A stretch of 64,000 bases of DNA from an uncultured delta proteobacterium (GCA_963778655.1 CAVZVA010000010.1:1712426-1776425); one strand, 5' to 3'. Shown: positions 10,653 to 20,764, counted from the stretch's first letter. Notes: generated by a model not told the origin, from the letters alone. A program made the numbers and translations.

Positions 10653-10727
10653 GGCTCACCTGGCGAGACCCTCTTACTTAGCGGCTGCCTTTCTGGCTGT
10701 CAAAGCGGCCGGCGGCGTGTCCGCGCG

Positions 10728-11330
10728 CTACTTGTCCTCGCCCCCGTCGTCCGCCAAGTAGCTCAGGATCACCTCGTCGAGCGACTTGCTGCGCAACGCC
10801 TGCCCGGTGCTGAAAATGGTGGCGGGCGTGTCCGCCCGCGGCTGCGTGCTCTTGGGTTGGGCCGCGACCGTATGCTTGTAGCGGCCGGCCCCTCGCCGCC
10901 GCGGCGCCGCCTTGGCCTTCGCCGCCGCAGACTCGGCGATCTTTGCCTCAGCCGCGCGATCGAGCGCGTCCAGGTCGAGCTCGGGGGCCTTCGGCTCTGG
11001 CTCCAGCGGCGGCGCTTTCTTGTCGGCCGCCGCGGTGCCGGCCTGCGCCGACTCCTCGTCCTCGTCGTACACGCAGTCGCGCAGGGCGATGAACATCGCC
11101 TTGTGCTGCTCCTGCATCAGCTTCTTGACGATGTCCTGTAGCTTTTCGGAACCGAGGTACTGTGCGTAGTCGGTCTTCTTCGAGGAGATGATGCGCCCGC
11201 CGTCGGCGAACAAATGCGTGATGATGTGCGGGTGATTGACGCCCGAGTCCTCGGTCTGGATGTGGTACAGCTTGCCCTTGTGTCGGACGTTGGTGTTGTA
11301 CCCGAGCAGCGGAGATGGGCTCCTGGACAT
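10728..11330 (-). CDS. Hypothetical protein (myxobacterial type)
   Basis: From ATG 11330: LLGYNTNVRHKGKLYHIQTEDSG...HIITHLF; C-terminal KSLDEVILSYL; globular N-terminus with normal codon bias. Confidence 0.8.
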   Translation of the reverse strand: MSRSPSPLLGYNTNVRHKGKLYHIQTEDSGVNHPHIITHLFADGGRIISSKKTDYAQYLGSEKLQDIVKKLMQEQHKAMFIALRDCVYDEDEESAQAGTAAADKKAPPLEPEPKAPELDLDALDRAAEAKIAESAAAKAKAAPRRRGAGRYKHTVAAQPKSTQPRADTPATIFSTGQALRSKSLDEVILSYLADDGGEDK

Positions 11331-11402
11331 GGTCGACACGATCCCAACCTTATGTAGCAGACTTGCCGCGTACATGTCTCCTGGCGCGGTGCCGGGGCGG
11401 GC

Positions 11403-11873
11403 GTGAGCGCGTCGCCCCCGCTCGCGGTTCCCGAGCCGCCCGCCGCCGCCCGCGCGCGTGCGATGAACCGCCTGGGCTGGGCCCTGCTCGGCTGCGGGGC
11501 GCTGCTGGTGCTGCTGCTCGCCCGCGTCTTGCAGCCCGACCCGTCCGGCTTCGGCACGCACAGGCAGCTCGGCCTGCCCCCGTGCGGCTTTCTGCTGCTG
11601 ACCTCGCTGCCGTGTCCGGCGTGTGGGCTCACCACCGCGTTCGCGCACATGGCGCGACTCGAGGTCGCGTCGGCCATGCGCGCGCATCTGCTCGGTGCGC
11701 CGCTGTTTGCGCTGACCGTGGCGACCGTGCCGCTGTCGTTCTTCGCTTGCCTGCGCGCCTGGCCAATCGTAGAGACGATGAAACGCTTGCGGGCCAGGAG
11801 GATCGCAGCGATCATCGCCGTCGCGGCGCTGGTGAGCTGGGTCGCACGCATCGTTGCGATCGCCTTGATCTGA
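11403..11873 (+). CDS. DUF2752-like membrane protein
   Basis: GFGTHRQLGLPPCGF...PCPACGLTTAF plus TM helices. Confidence 0.8.
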   Translation: MSASPPLAVPEPPAAARARAMNRLGWALLGCGALLVLLLARVLQPDPSGFGTHRQLGLPPCGFLLLTSLPCPACGLTTAFAHMARLEVASAMRAHLLGAPLFALTVATVPLSFFACLRAWPIVETMKRLRARRIAAIIAVAALVSWVARIVAIALI

Positions 11874-11901
11874 CGCTGCGCACCCGGAGCTCGAGACTCG
11901 G

Positions 11902-12777
11902 ATGAGCGCCCTGATCTTGGTGGCCGACGCAGATCCCTTCAACCTGCGGCTCCTGTCGGAGCTGTGCAGCACGCTCGGCTACGATGTGGTTACCGCCGCC
12001 GACGGCGGCGCCGTGCTCGACGCGGTGGCGCGCGAGCGTCCGGATCTGGTGTTGATGGACGTGTCATTGCCGGTGATGGACGGCCTGCAGGTGCTGCGTA
12101 TCCTCAAGGCCGACGGCGATCTATCCCAGCTTCCGGTGGTGCTGGTCACTGCGGACGGCGACGACGAGAGCCGCCGGCGCGGCTTCGAGATGGGCGCCGA
12201 GGACTACGTGGTCAAGCCCTACCGCAGCTTCGAGATCCAGCAGCGCCTGCGCAACGTGCTGCGCCTGCGCGCGGCCACCGCCTCCGGCTCGACCGCGCCT
12301 CCGCCTCCCGGCGAGCGGCTGGACATCGCCGATCCGGCGACCGGCGCGGGCACCACCAGCCAGCTGCACATCAGTCTCGAGTACGAGTTCACGCGCGCCG
12401 TGCGCTACGGCCACCCGCTGAGCTGCGTGGTGGTGCGCTGCCTCAACTACACCCAGATCGCCGCCGGCCTGGGCGGCGGCTCGGCCCAGCGGGTGCTGGT
12501 GCAGCTCGCCGGCGCCCTGCGCGGGTGCATCCGCGGCGTCGACCATCTGTTCCGCTCCGGCCCCGACGAGTTCACCATCCTGCTGCCGGAGACCGACGCG
12601 CGTGGTTGCCGCATCGTGGTCGATCGGCTCGAGGCCACCACGGGCAAGGACACGCTGTTCGATGCCGACATCAGGCCGCGCCCGGCGGTCGGTGTGGCCT
12701 GCTCCTGTTATCCGGCGCGCAAGGTCGACGACGGCGAGGCGCTGTGGCGCGGGGCCGCCGAATTGCTGCGGAACTGA
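11902..12777 (+). CDS. Response regulator with degenerate GGDEF domain
   Basis: REC domain (DLVLMDVSLPVMDG, KP); GGDEF-like domain with RGVD I-site and GPDEF. Confidence 0.88.
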   Translation: MSALILVADADPFNLRLLSELCSTLGYDVVTAADGGAVLDAVARERPDLVLMDVSLPVMDGLQVLRILKADGDLSQLPVVLVTADGDDESRRRGFEMGAEDYVVKPYRSFEIQQRLRNVLRLRAATASGSTAPPPPGERLDIADPATGAGTTSQLHISLEYEFTRAVRYGHPLSCVVVRCLNYTQIAAGLGGGSAQRVLVQLAGALRGCIRGVDHLFRSGPDEFTILLPETDARGCRIVVDRLEATTGKDTLFDADIRPRPAVGVACSCYPARKVDDGEALWRGAAELLRN

Positions 12778-12936
12778 GCGCGCCCGGCGTGCTTGGCACT
12801 GGGTGCGCCTTGCGCTCGCGGCTTCCGCTGCGTAGGACATGGGCCGTGAGCTGCAGCCTCCCTCGGCCCCGCCGGCGCGCGCCTCGCCGTGGCGCCGCCG
12901 CGGCCCGGCCCCGCCCCGCAGCAGACCGGTAGACGC

Positions 12937-14601
12937 ATGCCCTTTCTCTACTTCATCTTGATGGTGGGCGTGCTGGTGTTCGTGCACGAGCTCGGACACT
13001 TTCTGTGGGCGCGTGCGTTCGGCGTGCGTGTGCTGCGCTTCAGCCTCGGCTTCGGCCCGCGCATCGCGGGCTTCCGCCGCGGCGGCACCGAGTACGTGAT
13101 CTCGGCGCTTCCGCTCGGCGGCTACGTGCGAATGCTGGGCGAGAACCCGCGCGATGAGGTGCCCGCCGCGGACCAGAAGGGCTCGGTTGCGCACCAGTCG
13201 ATCCCGCGCCGGGTGGTGATCGCGGTCGGCGGGCCGATGATGAGCCTGGCCTTCCCGATCCTGCTCTACTTCGTGGTGTTTCTCGGCGACAACCGGCTGA
13301 CGCCCGCCACCGTGGGCCTGGTGCTGCCCAACCGTCCCGCCGCCGGCAAGCTCGCGCCCGGAGACCGTGTGAGCGAGATCGACGGCTCGTCGGTCGAGAC
13401 CTTCTACGACCTGACCCGCGTGGTGGAGCGCAGCGCCGGCAAGCCGCTGCGCTTCGTGATCGAGCGCGACGGCAAGCGCATCGAGCGCACGATCACGCCG
13501 GTGGCCGATATCGCGGAGCTGCCGCTCGACTTGCGCAAGAAGGTCGGTCGCATCGGCATCATGCCCAATCATCCGCTCGCGGTGATCGGCGTCGGCTCCA
13601 CGAGCTCGCCTGCGGCCGCAGCCGGGCTGCAGACCTTCGACGTGGTGGTGGCCGCCGCGGGGCGGCCGATCAGGCGCTTCCTCGATCTCGACCACGCGTT
13701 GCAGCACAACCGCGGCACGCTGGTCCCGCTGACCTACCTGCGGCCCACCCGAGTGCAGGGCGCGCTCGGCGGCCTGTGCGACTTCGACGTGTTCGAGCCG
13801 CGCATCGCCGCGCTCACGCCCGACCCGGGCAAGGGCGACGCGCTCGGCCGCGCCGGGCTCGAGCTCGCCGACCTCTACGTGAGCGACGTCACCCCGGGCT
13901 CGCCCGAGCAGCGCATCGGCCTGCAGCCCGGCGATCGGCTGCTCGCGCTCGACGGGCGTCCGATCCAGATGTGGGCGGCCTTTCTCGAGGATCTGCGCGC
14001 CGGCCGCGGCGTCGAGCACGAGCTGCGCTGGCGCCACGGCGAACAGGAGCACTCGGCGCGCTTCGCGCTGGAGCACGAGCACGGCATGGGCGAGCACGGG
14101 CAGGGCTACGACCGCTACGTGCTCGGCCTGCTCAACTGGGTACCGTCGCGGCTCGACCCCAGCGTGCCCAATCCCCACGCGCTGCTGTACGCGGCGCGCG
14201 AATCGCTGCGCGCCACCGACGAGGTCGTCGAGCTGACGCTGGTCTCGATCCTGCGGCTGATTCAGGGCCGGCTCAGCATCAAGTCGATTGGCGGTCCGCT
14301 GACCATTTTCGACGTGGCGGGCACAGCGGCGCGCCAGGGCGCGCTCAACTACCTCACGGTGATGGCGTTCATCAGCATCAACCTCGGACTGATCAACCTC
14401 TTGCCGATCCCGCTGCTCGACGGCGGCCACCTGCTGTTCCTGGTCTACGAGGCGGTGGTGAGGCGCCCGCTCAGCATCCGGCTGCGCGAGTATGCGCACA
14501 TCGCGGGCCTGCTGATGCTGCTGGCGATCATGATCCTCGCGTTCAAGAACGACATCGAACGCCAGTGGCCGCAGATCGTGGACGAGCTGACCGCCGAGTA
14601 G
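12937..14601 (+). CDS. rseP: RIP metalloprotease RseP with multiple PDZ domains
   Basis: HELGH zinc motif, LPLGGYVRM, NLLPIPLLDGGH. Confidence 0.95.
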   Translation: MPFLYFILMVGVLVFVHELGHFLWARAFGVRVLRFSLGFGPRIAGFRRGGTEYVISALPLGGYVRMLGENPRDEVPAADQKGSVAHQSIPRRVVIAVGGPMMSLAFPILLYFVVFLGDNRLTPATVGLVLPNRPAAGKLAPGDRVSEIDGSSVETFYDLTRVVERSAGKPLRFVIERDGKRIERTITPVADIAELPLDLRKKVGRIGIMPNHPLAVIGVGSTSSPAAAAGLQTFDVVVAAAGRPIRRFLDLDHALQHNRGTLVPLTYLRPTRVQGALGGLCDFDVFEPRIAALTPDPGKGDALGRAGLELADLYVSDVTPGSPEQRIGLQPGDRLLALDGRPIQMWAAFLEDLRAGRGVEHELRWRHGEQEHSARFALEHEHGMGEHGQGYDRYVLGLLNWVPSRLDPSVPNPHALLYAARESLRATDEVVELTLVSILRLIQGRLSIKSIGGPLTIFDVAGTAARQGALNYLTVMAFISINLGLINLLPIPLLDGGHLLFLVYEAVVRRPLSIRLREYAHIAGLLMLLAIMILAFKNDIERQWPQIVDELTAE

Positions 14602-14606
14602 CCGCC

Positions 14607-16028
14607 ATGCGCGAGCAGAGCAAGCGCGACGCGGGAGCCCGGCGCGGGCGGCCGAACAGGCGGGGCGGGCCGGGCGCGCGCTCGCCGCGCGCGCTCGCCA
14701 TCCGCGTGCTCGAGCGCGTGGCCGAGCGCGGCGCTTACGCCAGCCGCGCGCTCGACGCCGAGCTCTCGCGCCGCTTCGCCGCGCTCGACGCCCGCGACGT
14801 CGCGCTCGCGACCGAGATCGTATACGGCACGCTGCGCGCGCTGCCCGAGCTCGACGCGCGCATCGCTGCCTGCCTGCGGCGTCCCGGCCAGGCCCTCGAC
14901 GGCGTGCTGCGGGCGGCCCTGCGCAGCGGTTGCTATCAGCTCGCCTACCTGGGGCGCGTGCCGGCGCACGCGGTGGTGGACGAGACGGTGCGCGTGGTGC
15001 GCGCCGAGCGCGGGCCCGCGCTGGCGGGCGTCGCCAACGCGGTGCTGCGCAAGCTGGCGGCCACCGCGCCGGTCGCGCCCCCGCGCGAGCGGGCGCTGGC
15101 GCTGCCGCCTTGGCTGGCTCGGGCGCTGGTCGAGGCGCTGGGCGAAGCGCGTGCCGCGAGCTTGCTGGCAAGCGGGCGACTGCCCCCGCCGCTGTCGCTG
15201 CGCGTGGCCGCGGGCGAGGATCGCGAGGCTCTCGCCGCCACGCTGCAAGCCGCACGGCCGGCCGCCGAAGTCCGTCCAGCACGGCTTTCGCCCCGCGCCC
15301 TACTCGTGCGCAGAGCCGGCGACCCGCGCGCGCTGCCCGGTTACGCGCAGGGGCACTTCAGTGTGCAGGAGGAAGGCGCTCAGCTCGTGGCGCTGTGCCT
15401 GGGCGCCCGCCCAGGCGAGCGCGTCGCCGACCTGTGTGCGGGCCACGGTGGCAAGACGGCCGTGCTCGTGGAGGCGGTGGGGGCGCAGGGCGAGGTCACC
15501 GCCGTCGACCTCGACGAGCGCAAGCTCGCCGGCATCCCGCAGGAGCTCGCGCGGCTGCGGCTCGAGGCACCCAGGCTCCAGCTGCGCGCGATCGACCTGC
15601 GGGTGGGGGCCGGCGGCCTCACCGCTGCGTTCGATCGCGTGTTGGTGGACGCGCCCTGCACCGGCCTCGGCACCCTGAGGCGGCGGCCGGAGCTGCTGCT
15701 GCGCGTGACCGAGGCCGACCCCGAGCGGCTCGCCGGCGAGCAGCGCGCGATCCTGCGCCAGGCTGCCCGCCTGGTTCGCCCGGGCGGCATCCTGCTGTAT
15801 GCCGTGTGCTCGCCGCTGCGCCAGGAAGGCGTGGAGGTCGTGCGATGTTTCGAGTCCGAGTCGGCCGGCTTCGCCCGTTGCTGGGAGCAAGCTGCCTGCG
15901 GTCTGCCCGAGCTGCACGCGGACGACGACGGGGTATTGCGGCTGGGTCCCTGGCTGGGCGGCCCGGACGCCGATTCACCGGACGCGTACCAGCTCGCGCG
16001 CTGGCGCGCGCCGCTTGGTCCGTGCTGA
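14607..16028 (+). CDS. rsmB: 16S rRNA m5C methyltransferase RsmB/Sun (NusB-like N-terminus)
   Basis: VQEEGAQ, DLCAGHGGKT, VLVDAPCTGLGTLRRRPE, YAVCS motifs. Confidence 0.9.
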   Translation: MREQSKRDAGARRGRPNRRGGPGARSPRALAIRVLERVAERGAYASRALDAELSRRFAALDARDVALATEIVYGTLRALPELDARIAACLRRPGQALDGVLRAALRSGCYQLAYLGRVPAHAVVDETVRVVRAERGPALAGVANAVLRKLAATAPVAPPRERALALPPWLARALVEALGEARAASLLASGRLPPPLSLRVAAGEDREALAATLQAARPAAEVRPARLSPRALLVRRAGDPRALPGYAQGHFSVQEEGAQLVALCLGARPGERVADLCAGHGGKTAVLVEAVGAQGEVTAVDLDERKLAGIPQELARLRLEAPRLQLRAIDLRVGAGGLTAAFDRVLVDAPCTGLGTLRRRPELLLRVTEADPERLAGEQRAILRQAARLVRPGGILLYAVCSPLRQEGVEVVRCFESESAGFARCWEQAACGLPELHADDDGVLRLGPWLGGPDADSPDAYQLARWRAPLGPC

Positions 16029-16055
16029 GTGGCATGCGCCGGCCTGCGCCTTCGC

Positions 16056-16084
16056 TTGACAGGTGTGCGCCGCCCCCGTACATT
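16056..16084 (+). promoter_or_regulatory. Sigma70-type promoter for tRNA-Pro
   Basis: TTGACA (16056-16061), 17-bp spacer, TACATT (16079-16084), about 20 bp upstream of the tRNA. Confidence 0.75.
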
Positions 16085-16104
16085 CCGCGGCGCAAAATTC
16101 TATA

Positions 16105-16180
<76 letters not shown>

Positions 16181-16218
16181 CAAATGAGGGAGTTGCCGAG
16201 AGAGCTTACGAGGAAGCC

Positions 16219-16827
16219 ATGAGCAAAGCCGTTTCGCCGATGCGGGTGCTCGTCGTGGACGACGACCGCGAGATTTGCGACTACATGCAGACGTTCTTGG
16301 CCAAGGACGGCATGGAGGTCAAAACCCTGTCGGACCCGGAGAAGGTGGCCGACGAGGTCAAGAACGGCGGCTATCACATGGTTGTGCTCGACCTGATGAT
16401 GCCCAAGCTCGACGGCGTCGAGGTGCTGCAGCGCATCCGCAAGGTAGACTCGGACGTTGCCGTGGTGATCTTCACCGGCTACCCGTCGCTCGAGAGCGCG
16501 GTGCAGTCGATGAAGCTGGACGCCGTCGACTACCTGAAGAAGCCCTTCGATCCGGACGATTTCCGCGAGGTGGTCGATCGCGTGATGCGCAAGAAGGGCT
16601 TGATGCGCTCGCCCGAGGAGAACCTGCACCGCGTGATCGGCGAGACCGTGCGCAACCTGCGCAAGGAAGCCAATCTCACGCTCAAGCAGATGGCGCGCCG
16701 CACCGGGCTGTCGGTCTCGCTGCTGTCGCAGATCGAGCGCGCCGAGTCGAGCGCCTCGATCAGCTCGCTGTACAAGATCGCCAGCGCCCTGGACGTACGC
16801 ATCCAGGATCTCTTCGGCGATTACTGA
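16219..16827 (+). CDS. digR: DNA-binding response regulator (REC + XRE HTH), DigR-like
   Basis: Intact REC domain; C-terminal LTLKQMARRTGLSVSLLSQIERAESSASISSLYKIASAL HTH. Architecture and sequence match Myxococcus DigR as recalled; not searched. Confidence 0.85.
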   Translation: MSKAVSPMRVLVVDDDREICDYMQTFLAKDGMEVKTLSDPEKVADEVKNGGYHMVVLDLMMPKLDGVEVLQRIRKVDSDVAVVIFTGYPSLESAVQSMKLDAVDYLKKPFDPDDFREVVDRVMRKKGLMRSPEENLHRVIGETVRNLRKEANLTLKQMARRTGLSVSLLSQIERAESSASISSLYKIASALDVRIQDLFGDY

Positions 16828-16829
16828 TG

Positions 16830-17136
16830 TAACCGGGAGGGTCACGCGACCCTCCCGCCCCGCCGGCAAAGCCGTCGGGGCCCCACCCACCCGCGGGGCT
16901 CGCAGCGCTCGCGCGTGCGCTGAGGTCGTCAGCGTGTAGGGCATCGAGGGTCACGCGACCCTCCCGCCCCGCCGGCAAAGCCGTCGGGGCCCCACCCACC
17001 CGCGGGGCTCGCAGCGCTCGCGCGTGCGCTGAGGTCGTCAGCGTGTAGGGCATCGAGGGTCACGCGACCCTCCCGCCCCGCCGGCAAAGCCGTCGGGGCC
17101 CCACCCACCCGCGGGGCTCGCAGCGCTCGCGCGTGC
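16830..17136. repeat. Tandem array of a structured 109-bp unit (2 full copies plus an 82-bp partial), family A
   Basis: Identical units start at 16837, 16946 and 17055; several hairpins per unit; between convergent genes. Confidence 0.95.
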
Positions 17137-17151
17137 TCGCGGGGCTCGCTA

Positions 17152-18288
17152 CTAGCCGAGCGGGTCTTCTTCGGTGTCCTCGCGTGAGCTGCGCGCCCTC
17201 TGCTTGGCCAGGGCGCGGCGTTGCTGTTCGGCGCGCACGTAGTCGACCATCACGGTCAGGTAGCCGGTCGCCTTGGGGCAACTGATGCCTTTGCCGCTCA
17301 GCAGCTCGCGGGTGTTGCGCGCGTCATAGGTGACCTCGGTGGCGAGTTGCTCGAGGAAGCTGCGCGGGATCTGGCTGAACCGTTCCAGTCCCGGCGTGCG
17401 CAACAAGGCCGTCGCGAGCTGGCTGGGCAGGCTGCCCACAGGCCCTGGGCGCCCCGCCGCCTCCGCGATCAGCTCGAACACGCGCCGCGCGCTCGGCGGG
17501 TGCTCGTCCACCAGATGGAAGGTGCGGCCGATCGCCTGCGGATCTCTGGAGATCGCATACCCCGCGTCCACCACGTAGTCGATCGGCACCAGGTTGAGCG
17601 GCACGTCGCCGCGCCCCGGCAACGGCACCCGCAGGTCCACCGGCGAGCTCAACATGAGCAGGATCAGCAGGTAGGGTCCCTCCATCCGATCGATCTCGCC
17701 GGTCTTCGAATCGCCCACCACGATCGAGGGCCGCAGGATTGTCGTGGGCACGTGGTCCATTGCCTCGCGCACCATCTGCTCGGCGCGATAGCGCGTCTCG
17801 TCCACCACGCTGGGAAAGCTCGGTGGGCACGGCAGCTCGCCCTCGGCGATGCGCCCGTGCAGCTTGCCGCTCACCATCGCGGTCGACCACAGCACCAGCC
17901 GGCAGCCCTTGGGGCTCGCTTCGCATAGCTCGAGCACCTCCGCGGCGCCGCCGACGTTGACGCGCTCGGCGACCTCGCGCCGCACCCCGGCGTAGGTCGC
18001 GGCCGCGCAGTGGTGGACGACCTCCACGCGTTCGGCCAGCTCGCGGAAGCGCCGGCCCGACATCCCGAAGTCCATTTCGCCGGCATCCCCGATCACGAGC
18101 TCCACGCGCGCCCGCGGCTCGGTCGGGAGCGCGTCCAGTCGTGCCTCCGCGCTCTCGAGCTGCTTGCGCGAGGTCAGGCACAGCACCCGCGTGCCCGGCT
18201 CCGCCGCAAGCACCTTGGCAAGCAGCCGCCGCGCCAGAAACACGCCGGGAAAGCCCGTCAGCAGCAGCACCGGCTCGGCCTCGTTCAT
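17152..18288 (-). CDS. Extended SDR / thioester-reductase-like NAD(P)-binding protein
   Basis: LLTGFPG Rossmann start, HCAA, ILRPSIVVGDSKTGE, NLVPIDYV. Confidence 0.85.
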   Translation of the reverse strand: MNEAEPVLLLTGFPGVFLARRLLAKVLAAEPGTRVLCLTSRKQLESAEARLDALPTEPRARVELVIGDAGEMDFGMSGRRFRELAERVEVVHHCAAATYAGVRREVAERVNVGGAAEVLELCEASPKGCRLVLWSTAMVSGKLHGRIAEGELPCPPSFPSVVDETRYRAEQMVREAMDHVPTTILRPSIVVGDSKTGEIDRMEGPYLLILLMLSSPVDLRVPLPGRGDVPLNLVPIDYVVDAGYAISRDPQAIGRTFHLVDEHPPSARRVFELIAEAAGRPGPVGSLPSQLATALLRTPGLERFSQIPRSFLEQLATEVTYDARNTRELLSGKGISCPKATGYLTVMVDYVRAEQQRRALAKQRARSSREDTEEDPLG

Positions 18289-18953
18289 GTCCGGTCCTCG
18301 CTGGCGGGTACGCTCGCAGTCAGGCCGAAGCGCCGCATGATCTCGCGGTGCACAGCGAGCGTGCGGTGTTCCAGCTCCTGCAACGAGCCGTCGTTTTGGA
18401 TCACGTAGTCCGCGACCTCGATCTTGCGCGCCAGCGGCAGCTGGGCGGCAATCCGTCGCCGGGTCTCCTGCTCGTCGGCCCGGTCACGCGTCACCGCGCG
18501 CGCAACCTGGGTCGCTTCGTCCGCCGCCACCACGATCAGCGCGTCGAAGCCTCGGTGCGCGCCGACTTCGACCAGCAAGGGCGCGTCGTAGACCACGTAG
18601 GGCGCCCCGCGCGCGGCCAGCGCCGTGAGGCGCTCGGCGCTCAGGCGTCCGATGCGAGGATGCGTGATCGCCTGCAGCCGTCGCCGCGCCTGCTCGTCGT
18701 CGAACACGATTGCCGCCAGTCGCGTTCGGTCCAGGCTGCCGTCGGCGAGCAGCACCCCCGACCCGAACGCCTCGACCACCTCGCGCAGGCCCTCGCTGCC
18801 TGCGGCGACCACCTCGCGCGCGAGCGCGTCGGCGTCCACCACGCCCACGCCCTGCTGCGCGAGCACGCGCGCGACGCAGCTCTTGCCCGACGCGATGCCT
18901 CCGGTCAGGCCGATCGTGGGCTTTTTCCCCGTGTGCGCAGCGGCTTGGCTCAT
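18285..18953 (-). CDS. coaE: Dephospho-CoA kinase
   Basis: IGLTGGIASGKS, DADALAREVV, ITHPRI, PLLVE, ADYVIQNDG. Confidence 0.96.
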   Translation of the reverse strand: MSQAAAHTGKKPTIGLTGGIASGKSCVARVLAQQGVGVVDADALAREVVAAGSEGLREVVEAFGSGVLLADGSLDRTRLAAIVFDDEQARRRLQAITHPRIGRLSAERLTALAARGAPYVVYDAPLLVEVGAHRGFDALIVVAADEATQVARAVTRDRADEQETRRRIAAQLPLARKIEVADYVIQNDGSLQELEHRTLAVHREIMRRFGLTASVPASEDRT

Positions 18954-18960
18954 GACTGGA

Positions 18961-19410
18961 TCAGAAGCGCTTCTCGCTGTCGAGCAGGATCGTCACCGGT
19001 CCGTCGACCACGCAGTGGACATCCATCATCGCGCGAAAGCGCCCGGTTTCAACTCGCAGCCCGCGCTCGGCCAGGGCGCCGCACACGCGCTCGTACAGTC
19101 GCTGCGCGCGCTCGGGCTCGGCGGCCGCGTCGAACGAGGGCCGCCGCCCCTTGCGCACGTCGCCGTAGAGGGTGAATTGCGAGACAACCAGCACCGCGCC
19201 GCCGCTCTCGCACACATCGCGCGCCATCCGTCCCTGCTCGTCCGGGAACACGCGCAGCCCGGCCAGCTTGCCCGCCATCCACTCGGCGTGCTCCTCCCCG
19301 TCGTTCTTGCCCGCGCCCAGATACACCAGCAGGCCCGGCCCGATGCGCCCGGTGGTCTCGCCGCCGACCATTACGTGTGCAGCGCTGACGCGTTGCGCGA
19401 CCGCCCGCAT
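18961..19410 (-). CDS. dtd: D-aminoacyl-tRNA deacylase
   Basis: [29 protein letters not shown]. Confidence 0.96.
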   Translation of the reverse strand: MRAVAQRVSAAHVMVGGETTGRIGPGLLVYLGAGKNDGEEHAEWMAGKLAGLRVFPDEQGRMARDVCESGGAVLVVSQFTLYGDVRKGRRPSFDAAAEPERAQRLYERVCGALAERGLRVETGRFRAMMDVHCVVDGPVTILLDSEKRF

Positions 19411-19550
19411 GGGCGCAGCCTAGCACGCCGCCGCCGCGCGCTGGGCGGCTCACGCGCGATCCGATCTCTGGCAGCTCTAGCGAAACTGCGCCTCAGACCC
19501 ACGAGACCTGCTGGTCTACTCGCGTCAAGACAGGGCCTCGCTAGGCTTCA

Positions 19551-19640
19551 TAACCGGGAGGGGCACGCGCCCCTGCCGCCCCACCGGCCAAGCCGTTGGG
19601 GCCCCACCCTGCCGCGAGGTCGCCTCGCTCCGCTCTCGCA
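19551..19640. repeat. Diverged single copy of structured element family A
   Basis: taaccgggaggggcacgcgcccct...gccccaccggccaagccgttggggccccaccc aligns to 16830-16888. Confidence 0.8.
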
Positions 19641-19717
19641 ACCTTGACTCACCTGTCCAGATCAGCCGGCCTCAAGGACTCTAGCCGCGCGTCGTAGGCC
19701 GTGCTCCAATTCCTGCG

Positions 19718-20764
19718 ATGACAGACGACTCTCCGGCTCGGTTCGAGATCCGGGCCGCCACCCGCGAGCACCACGCCAGCCTGTGTGAGCTCGCGCGTTA
19801 TCTCGACACGGTCAACCTGCCCGACGATCCGGAGGCGCTCGAGGCCGGGCTGTTGACCTCGGAGCGCTCGTTTCGCGGGGAGATCGCGGACCCTCGCAGG
19901 CGCGAGTTCGTATTCGTGCTGTGGGACCGCGTCGCCGAGCGCGCGGTGGGCACCTCGATGGTGATCGGGCAGCTCGGCCGCCGCGACGCGCCCTACATCT
20001 ATTTCGACGTGCGGCGCGAGGAGAAGTACAGCGCGACGCTCGATCGCCACTTCGTCCACACCATCCTGGCCACGACCTACTCCTACGACGGCCCGACCGA
20101 GATCGGTGGGTTGGTGGTTCATCCGGAGTATCGGCGCCGGCCCGAGCGTCTGGGCGCGATGATCTCCTACGTGCGCTTTCTGTTTCTCGCGATGCGGCGC
20201 GCCGACTTCCGCCACCAAGTGCTGGCCGAGTTGCTGCCTCCGTTGCAGGCCGACGGCACCAGCCATCTGTGGGAGGCGATCGGCCGCCGTTTCACCGGGC
20301 TGAGCTACCGAGAAGCCGACCGCCTTTCCAAACGCAACAAGGAGTTCGTCAAGGGGCTGTTTCCCGATCAGGTCTACGCCACTCTGCTCGCCGACCAGGC
20401 CCGCCGCGTGATCGGCCAAGTCGGCACGCAGACCGCGGCAGTCGAGAAGCTGCTGCGACGCATCGGCTTCCGCTATGCCGAGCGCGTCGACCCCTTCGAT
20501 GGCGGCCCTCACTTCATCGCATTTACCGATGAGATCGCCCTGGTGCGGCGCGCCAACCAGGCGGCCGTAGAGCTCACTCCGGGCGGCCCTGGCGCCACCT
20601 CCCCTGGCGCCCTCGCAGCACGCCAGAGCGCCGGCCCGCCCTATTTCGTAGCCGTGCCGGCGGGCGCGCTCACCCAAGGGCGCGTGCAGCTTTGCGCTGA
20701 GGCGGCCGCGCGGGTGGGGGTGGCCGCCGGAGATCGGCTGTGGACGCTACCGCTGCCCGATTGA
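19718..20764 (+). CDS. astA: Arginine N-succinyltransferase
   Basis: VNLPDD, PTEIGGL, SYVRFLF, VLAELLP, LWEAIGRRFTGLSYREAD, DPFDGGP. Confidence 0.9.
   Translation: MTDDSPARFEIRAATREHHASLCELARYLDTVNLPDDPEALEAGLLTSERSFRGEIADPRRREFVFVLWDRVAERAVGTSMVIGQLGRRDAPYIYFDVRREEKYSATLDRHFVHTILATTYSYDGPTEIGGLVVHPEYRRRPERLGAMISYVRFLFLAMRRADFRHQVLAELLPPLQADGTSHLWEAIGRRFTGLSYREADRLSKRNKEFVKGLFPDQVYATLLADQARRVIGQVGTQTAAVEKLLRRIGFRYAERVDPFDGGPHFIAFTDEIALVRRANQAAVELTPGGPGATSPGALAARQSAGPPYFVAVPAGALTQGRVQLCAEAAARVGVAAGDRLWTLPLPD

Noticed and set aside
10330..10659. Alternative-frame 109-aa ORF with GTGA coupling
   Set aside because: Arg/Ala/Gly-rich off-frame composition; the overlapping 98-aa frame looks like the real protein.
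16837..17136. CRISPR array
   Set aside because: Units are identical along their whole 109 bp, there are no unique spacers, and no cas genes are in the window.
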